From Gemmatimonadota bacterium (GTDB lineage: Bacteria; Gemmatimonadota; Gemmatimonadetes; Longimicrobiales; Gaopeijiaceae), in the NCBI GenBank assembly GCA_039589315.1, contig JBDHHQ010000012.1, positions 32,001 to 96,000 of the forward strand: a stretch of DNA of 64,000 nt, written 5' to 3'. The notes under the pieces were generated by a model, which saw nothing but the letters and a program-made list of their open reading frames with translations, did no database searches and had not been told where the DNA came from. The position numbers and the translations under genes are program-made. Positions 58,741 to 64,000 of this stretch are shown here, piece after piece (position 1 is the stretch's first letter; each line of letters starts with the position of its first letter).

Positions 58741-59289
58741 TCAGGAGCTGGCTCGCGGCGGAAACTCCTGGATCAGCCGTCGCACCGCCCGGTCCACCAG
58801 CTCGGCCCGCTTCTCCGGCGACTGTGTTCGGTCCACCTCGGCTTCGGCCACGCCCCGCCACACCAGCAACCCCGTATCCGCGTTGTAGGCGTCCAGCACC
58901 AGCGTGCCCTGCTCCAGGGTGCGGATTGACCGCTCCGTATAGAAGTCCCACCCGCGGTCGATGCCCCAGCGATCCTCAGGGAGGGTGTTGATCATCTGGA
59001 TGTCCATGGCCCCGTCGAGACCGACGTGGTAGGTGAGCACCAGACGGCCGTCGCCCCGTGACACCCTCTCGTACCCGCGGCTGATCAGCTCGCGGTCGAC
59101 GGCCTCCTTGATGCGGCGGTCCAAGCCCTCTCGCGTGGCCCGACGGCTGACCTCGGGTTGCTCGCGCTCCATCCACTCGAAGCTGGCCAGCTCGGAGAGA
59201 TCGACCGCGGGATCCTGGGCCGACTCCACGTGCATGCCGGCGCATCCTGCGAGCGCCGCAAGAAGACTCATGAGCAGACCTCTATTCAC
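58741..59289 (-). CDS. DUF4136 lipoprotein
   Basis: GGAGG SD; LAGC; EQGTLVLDAY...LVWRG...IQEFPP. Confidence 0.88.
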   Translation of the reverse strand: MNRGLLMSLLAALAGCAGMHVESAQDPAVDLSELASFEWMEREQPEVSRRATREGLDRRIKEAVDRELISRGYERVSRGDGRLVLTYHVGLDGAMDIQMINTLPEDRWGIDRGWDFYTERSIRTLEQGTLVLDAYNADTGLLVWRGVAEAEVDRTQSPEKRAELVDRAVRRLIQEFPPRASS

Positions 59290-59369
59290 CCTTCCTCCGT
59301 CGATGTCACATATGCTTCCGGCGGTCGAGATGAACCGCCAGGCCCTGGCCCGCTCATCGCGCCGATCCC

Positions 59370-59900
59370 TCAATACGATCTGCCAAGCTCGAACGTGAAA
59401 CCGAACTCGATGGTGAATTGGGTACTCAGATCCTCCCCCTTTAAGAGCCATTTGGCCTCCAGGAACGGCTGGGTCTTGCCCCAGAAGCCCAGGGTTGATC
59501 CGATGATGGCGACGGGTCCGCTGGCGCTCGTCGACGAGGTCTGGCCCAGATCAGGGAACTTGTAGTTCTGGAAGCTGAAGCCCGCACCCAGATAGGGCTC
59601 ATACGCCTGTTGGCGGGTCAGGAAGAAGACACCATTGATCTGAAGGTCCCAGAGGCTACAGTCTCCGAGATTGCCACAGTCGGGGAAATACACGTCTCCA
59701 GTCGCCTGGAGCGCGAATGCCGAACTGGTGTGGTAGTTGACGCGCGCACCAACGGCCCAAGTACCGGCGAAGACGTTACTGTACTGAGCCTGCGGCCCGA
59801 TCTCCCACTGTGCCGACCCCGCCTGTGGCGGCACGACCACGAGCGCCGTAGCGACCAAGGAGGCCGAGAAGAAGCGACCAAACGAACGTCGATGGATCAC
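59370..59900 (-). CDS. Outer-membrane beta-barrel protein (OmpA-like TM domain)
   Basis: Signal peptide GSA-Q; PYLGAG, PFLEAK, terminal FGFTF strand. Confidence 0.8.
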   Translation of the reverse strand: MIHRRSFGRFFSASLVATALVVVPPQAGSAQWEIGPQAQYSNVFAGTWAVGARVNYHTSSAFALQATGDVYFPDCGNLGDCSLWDLQINGVFFLTRQQAYEPYLGAGFSFQNYKFPDLGQTSSTSASGPVAIIGSTLGFWGKTQPFLEAKWLLKGEDLSTQFTIEFGFTFELGRSY

Positions 59901-60157
59901 GTGAGATGCTCCGCGCCAGAGGGTTCCAGGTCCGGGGGGGCGGGATCCCCCGAGGTCGGTCGCCAGAACCATCGCCCCAAGGGCGCGCCGGGGCAAGAAC
60001 GACGAACCGCCTCGCGGGGTGTCGTGGAGCTCGCTCTGTCCTATCTTTCGATCCCGTCGCTCGCTACTGGTGACGAGCCATCGATGACGGGTCTCCTGTC
60101 CCGGATTCAGTGGGTCGCTCCTCGCCCGACACGTCCGTTTCACTCGCCCGGCTGCTC

Positions 60158-62500
60158 ATGCCCCGTTCCACCCTCATGACCCTCTTATCGGTCTCCGCGG
60201 TCGGTGTCTGCGGGGCTCTAGCAGGCTGCTCCGACGAGCCGGAGCCGGGTACCGTCGCCACCGGCACGTCGTACGTCGGCAGGGCGGCCTGCGCCGAGTG
60301 TCATTCTGAAGAGGCGGCGCTGTGGGCGGGCTCGCACCATGACCTGGCCATGCAGGAGGCGACGGACGCCAGCGTTCTCGCCGACTTCGGCGGTGAGGCG
60401 TTCACCCACCGAGGCGTCACCACCCGATTCTACCGGGACGGCGAGCGGTTCATGGTCGAGACCGATGGGCCCGACGGAGCGATCGCCAGCTTCCCCGTGA
60501 CGCACACCTTCGGCGTGGCACCGCTTCAGCAGTATCTGGTCGAGTTGCCCGGCGGCCGCCTCCAGGCACACACGGTGGCGTGGGACACCCGCCCGGCGGA
60601 TGCAGGTGGACAGCGCTGGTTCCACATCTACCCCGACGAGGAGACGCCACCCGGGGACGTCCTCCACTGGGCCGGCGCCGCCCAGAGCTGGAACTACATG
60701 TGCGCCGAGTGCCACTCCACCGACCTCCAGAAGGGGTATGACCTGGCGTCGGACAGCTACGACACCCGGTGGGCAGAGATCGACGTGTCGTGCGAGGCGT
60801 GCCACGGCCCCGGGTCGGAGCACGTGGCGTGGGCCCAGGAGAACCCCGATGGCGTCCCCGAATCCTCGCCCGCGTCGGGTGCTCGTGACGACGGCGGCCG
60901 ATTCGGCCTGATGGTGGAGCTGGGTGATCCCGCAGGTGGCTCGTGGGTCATGGACCCGACGACGGGAATCGCCGCCCGGTCCGCACCCTCGAGCGGCACT
61001 CGCCAGATCGACGCATGCGGCAAGTGCCATTCCCGGCGGGCGTCACTCCTTCCCGAGACGCCTCCGGGAGGGGCGCTGATGGACACCCATCTGCCTCGGA
61101 CGCTCGCCGATGGACTCTACTTCGCCGACGGCCAGATCCTGGACGAGGTGTACGTGTGGGGATCGTTCCTGCAAAGCGCCATGTACCGGGCCGGTGTGCT
61201 GTGCAGCGACTGCCACGATCCCCACTCGGCCAGCCTGAAAGCGCCGGGGAATGGCGTCTGCGCGGCCTGCCATGCGCCCGACCGGTTCGACGTCCCGGAG
61301 CACCACTTTCATGAAGCCGAGTCGGAGGCGGCTCAGTGCGTGTCCTGCCACGCCCCCGCCCGGAGCTACATGGTGGTGGATCCGCGGCGGGACCATTCCT
61401 TCCGCGTGCCTCGACCTGACCTGTCGGAAGCGCTCGAGTCCCCGGATGCGTGTGTGGGCTGCCACGACGAGCGAACGAGCGCCTGGGCAACGGCCACGGT
61501 GGTGCGGTGGTACGGCCCGGAGCGCCGCGCCGAGTCGCACTACGGAGAAGCCCTTCAAGAGGGCAGGGAAGGAGGCGCCGGGGCCGAGGTCGCGCTCATG
61601 GCTCTGGTCGTCGACACGGTGGCCCCCGCCATCGTACGGGCGACGGCGGTGGAGCTCATGACCGCCCGTCCCGGGCCCGCGCTGGGTGCCGTGATCCCCA
61701 ATGCTCTGCGTGACCCCGACCCCCTGGTTCGGTGGGCGGGTGTCCGAGCATTGCAGGCGATCCCGCCGAACGACCGCGTGCAGCCGCTCACGCCCCTTCT
61801 CACGGATCCGGAGTTCGCGGTCCGAGCGGAGGCGGCCAGGGTGCTGGCGCCGGTGGCCAGAGCCGCTCTGCCGCCGGGCCTGACCAGGATCCTCGATCGG
61901 GCCACGGCGGAGTACGTGGAGAGCTTACAGGCTTCGCTGGATCACCCCAGCGCTCACGTCAACCTGGCTCGCCTCCGGGCGGACCAGGGTCGGACGACCG
62001 ACGCGGAAGCATCCCTGTCTCTGGCTCTCCGCATCGGTCCGTGGTTCGTCCCAGCGTGGGTCAACCTGGCCGATCTCTACCGGAGCCAGGGCCGGGAAGT
62101 GGAAGCGGAAGCCCTGTTGCGCGAGGGGATTGACGCGGTATCCGAAGCTGCCTCGCTTCATTACGCGCTGGGGCTTCTCCTGGTTCGGACGGGTCGGGCC
62201 CTCGAGGCGCTGACCGAGCTCGAGACCGCCGCGGCGCTGGAGCCCCTCGATCCCCGGTTCGCGTACACGTTGGGGGTGGCCCTCAACTCAGAGAGACAAA
62301 GCGAGCGTGCCCTGGAGGTGCTCGCCTCCGCTGTGGCGCGCCACCCCAACGATCGTGACATCCTCTTCGCCCTCGCCACCATGCATCGAGACGCCGGCGC
62401 CCCTGCAGACGGGTTGCGGTACGCTCGTCGCCTGGCGGAGTTGGAGCCGGGAGACCGCTCCATCGCCGATCTCGTGGCCCAACTCGAGGCCGCACGGTGA
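60158..62500 (+). CDS. Octaheme cytochrome c lipoprotein with HEAT and TPR repeats
   Basis: LAGC lipobox; eight CxxCH motifs; DPDPLVR HEAT-like segment; C-terminal TPRs. Confidence 0.92.
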   Translation: MPRSTLMTLLSVSAVGVCGALAGCSDEPEPGTVATGTSYVGRAACAECHSEEAALWAGSHHDLAMQEATDASVLADFGGEAFTHRGVTTRFYRDGERFMVETDGPDGAIASFPVTHTFGVAPLQQYLVELPGGRLQAHTVAWDTRPADAGGQRWFHIYPDEETPPGDVLHWAGAAQSWNYMCAECHSTDLQKGYDLASDSYDTRWAEIDVSCEACHGPGSEHVAWAQENPDGVPESSPASGARDDGGRFGLMVELGDPAGGSWVMDPTTGIAARSAPSSGTRQIDACGKCHSRRASLLPETPPGGALMDTHLPRTLADGLYFADGQILDEVYVWGSFLQSAMYRAGVLCSDCHDPHSASLKAPGNGVCAACHAPDRFDVPEHHFHEAESEAAQCVSCHAPARSYMVVDPRRDHSFRVPRPDLSEALESPDACVGCHDERTSAWATATVVRWYGPERRAESHYGEALQEGREGGAGAEVALMALVVDTVAPAIVRATAVELMTARPGPALGAVIPNALRDPDPLVRWAGVRALQAIPPNDRVQPLTPLLTDPEFAVRAEAARVLAPVARAALPPGLTRILDRATAEYVESLQASLDHPSAHVNLARLRADQGRTTDAEASLSLALRIGPWFVPAWVNLADLYRSQGREVEAEALLREGIDAVSEAASLHYALGLLLVRTGRALEALTELETAAALEPLDPRFAYTLGVALNSERQSERALEVLASAVARHPNDRDILFALATMHRDAGAPADGLRYARRLAELEPGDRSIADLVAQLEAAR

Positions 62501-63408
62501 GGGTCGTCGTAGCGCTCGGGGGCAACGCCATCCTCCGGAGAGGCCAACCCTTCACCGTCGATGTCCAGCGAGAGAATGTGCGAGTCGCAGCCGGAGCGCT
62601 GGCGCCGCTGGTGGCGGAGCACGAAGTGGTCATCACCCACGGCAACGGGCCCCAGGTGGGGTTGCTGGCGCTGCAGGCATCTGAGGCCGGAGCGGGGATG
62701 GACACGCTGGACCTGCTGGGAGCCCAGAGCGACGGCATGATCGGCTATATGATCGAGCAGGAGCTGGGCAATCTGCTCCCCTTCGAGCAGCCCTTCGCGA
62801 CGATCCTGACCATGGTGGAGGTCGATCCCGACGACCCCGCGTTCGGCCGGCCTACCAAGCCCATCGGCATCGGCTATCCCGAGGCCGAGGCTCGGCGTCT
62901 GGCCGAGGCGAAGGGATGGGCCGTGGCTCGGGACGGAGACCTGTGGCGCCGGGTGGTCCCGTCGCCGGATCCGCTCCGGGTCTTCGAGGTGCGGCCCATC
63001 GAGTGGCTTCTGGAGCGGGGGGTCGTGGTCATCTGCACCGGGGGCGGCGGCATTCCCACGATGTACGGAGACGACGGCGCCCTGCACGGCGCCAACGTGG
63101 TGGTGGACAAGGACAAGGCCAGCGCCCTTCTGGCCCGACAGCTGGAGGCCGACACCCTGGTGCTTGCAACGGACGTGGCAGGAGTCTACACAGGGTGGGG
63201 CACGCCGGAGGCGGAGCTAATGGGGCGGGTCACGCCAGCGCAGCTGAGACGGGAGGACTTCCCGGCCGGATCCATGGGCCCGAAAGTCGAGGCCGCCTGC
63301 TCCTTCGTCGCGGAGACCGGGCAAAGGGCCGTGATCGGATCCCTGGACGAGGTCGACCGCATGCTCGCCGGCGTCGCCGGAACCCAGGTGGTGCCGGACG
63401 CCGGATAA
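62497..63408 (+). CDS. arcC: Carbamate kinase
   Basis: [48 protein letters not shown]. Confidence 0.96.
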   Translation: MRVVVALGGNAILRRGQPFTVDVQRENVRVAAGALAPLVAEHEVVITHGNGPQVGLLALQASEAGAGMDTLDLLGAQSDGMIGYMIEQELGNLLPFEQPFATILTMVEVDPDDPAFGRPTKPIGIGYPEAEARRLAEAKGWAVARDGDLWRRVVPSPDPLRVFEVRPIEWLLERGVVVICTGGGGIPTMYGDDGALHGANVVVDKDKASALLARQLEADTLVLATDVAGVYTGWGTPEAELMGRVTPAQLRREDFPAGSMGPKVEAACSFVAETGQRAVIGSLDEVDRMLAGVAGTQVVPDAG

Positions 63409-63717
63409 GCCGTATCCCCCGTCCCGACCCGCCGCCCACCGCTCGCAGCCAGGACCTCGATCTTAGGCCGGCTTCGAGTCCCCCGAAGCGGCGGTGCCGA
63501 AAGGCGGAACAGTCGAGCCCGGTGCAGGTATACCGGAGTCGAACATTCGGGAAACCCCGCCGAAGTCCTTCCCTGTTCAGCGCCCAACCGGAGTCGCTCG
63601 ATCGGACGCGGAAGCGTCGATTGATCGCCTCGGGCTGGTTGGATATCCTTGTTGGCTCCCGAATCTCGGGACCCGGTGCCGCAGGCGCCGTTTCGACCAC
63701 ACAGAAAGAAGGATCAG

Positions 63718-64000
63718 ATGAAAAGGGTGGGGGGTTCGATTCTCACAACGGGGCTCGTTGCGGTCCTGTCATCATGCTATCCAGGCGAGATCTCCAACGT
63801 CGGGGAAACCGACCTGATCACGACCGGCGCGCGACCGGAATACCCGTTCGCGAAGAAGACGTACTTCATGCCGGACACGGTCTTCTACATCCAATCCGAC
63901 TCGATGGCGCCCGACACGTTCGACCACGCCTTCGACAGCGACATCCTCGCCTCGGTCCGCACCGGGCTCTCCGGTTATGGATACACGGAGCTACCGGAAA
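63718..64000 (+). CDS. Lipoprotein, DUF4136-like (runs off the right edge)
   Basis: Manual translation MKRVGGSILTTGLVAVLSSCYPG...KTYFMPDTV...GYGYTE; AAGGA SD. Confidence 0.7.
   Translation, partial: MKRVGGSILTTGLVAVLSSCYPGEISNVGETDLITTGARPEYPFAKKTYFMPDTVFYIQSDSMAPDTFDHAFDSDILASVRTGLSGYGYTELPE

Noticed and set aside
63490..63570. Cobalamin riboswitch-like start (GGTGCC-GAAA-GGC...CCGGTGCA)
   Set aside because: Lacks the AGGGAA, ACTGT and B12-box elements.

Overview
GC-rich (~68%), densely coding bacterial chromosome segment. The gene content (ADOP permease, stand-alone carboxypeptidase-regulatory/plug protein, many lipoproteins and beta-barrels) suggests Gemmatimonadota; this is an inference. 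It is mostly core and envelope genes: rho, mlaEFD, FNR-type reductase plus trxB, fumC, nfo, folE-queD, a long TPR/OsmC/FadD/CutA/macro/transglutaminase/ABC operon, a leuA-like gene, a phoB/phoR-like pair, ilvE, mscS, an octaheme cytochrome-TPR gene and arcC. No tRNA, rRNA, CRISPR array, transposase or prophage was seen. Most notable: (1) a His/Cys-rich leader ORF ending in a RAPP ribosome-arrest motif (DUF2946/CruR-like) directly upstream of an outer-membrane protein + ZnuA-like + permease metal-uptake operon; (2) an unannotated 6S RNA with its own terminator ahead of folE; (3) two copies of a ~166-bp MITE, both sitting in TAG stop codons; (4) an exported creatininase + Tat sarcosine-oxidase-like + cytochrome c cluster; (5) a Vps62/NPP1-like domain fused to an OM beta-barrel; (6) several genes apparently collapsed by internal deletions (phoR, a DUF2231-cytochrome c gene, the mscS 5' end). 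All calls are from motif recognition by eye; no database searches were run.
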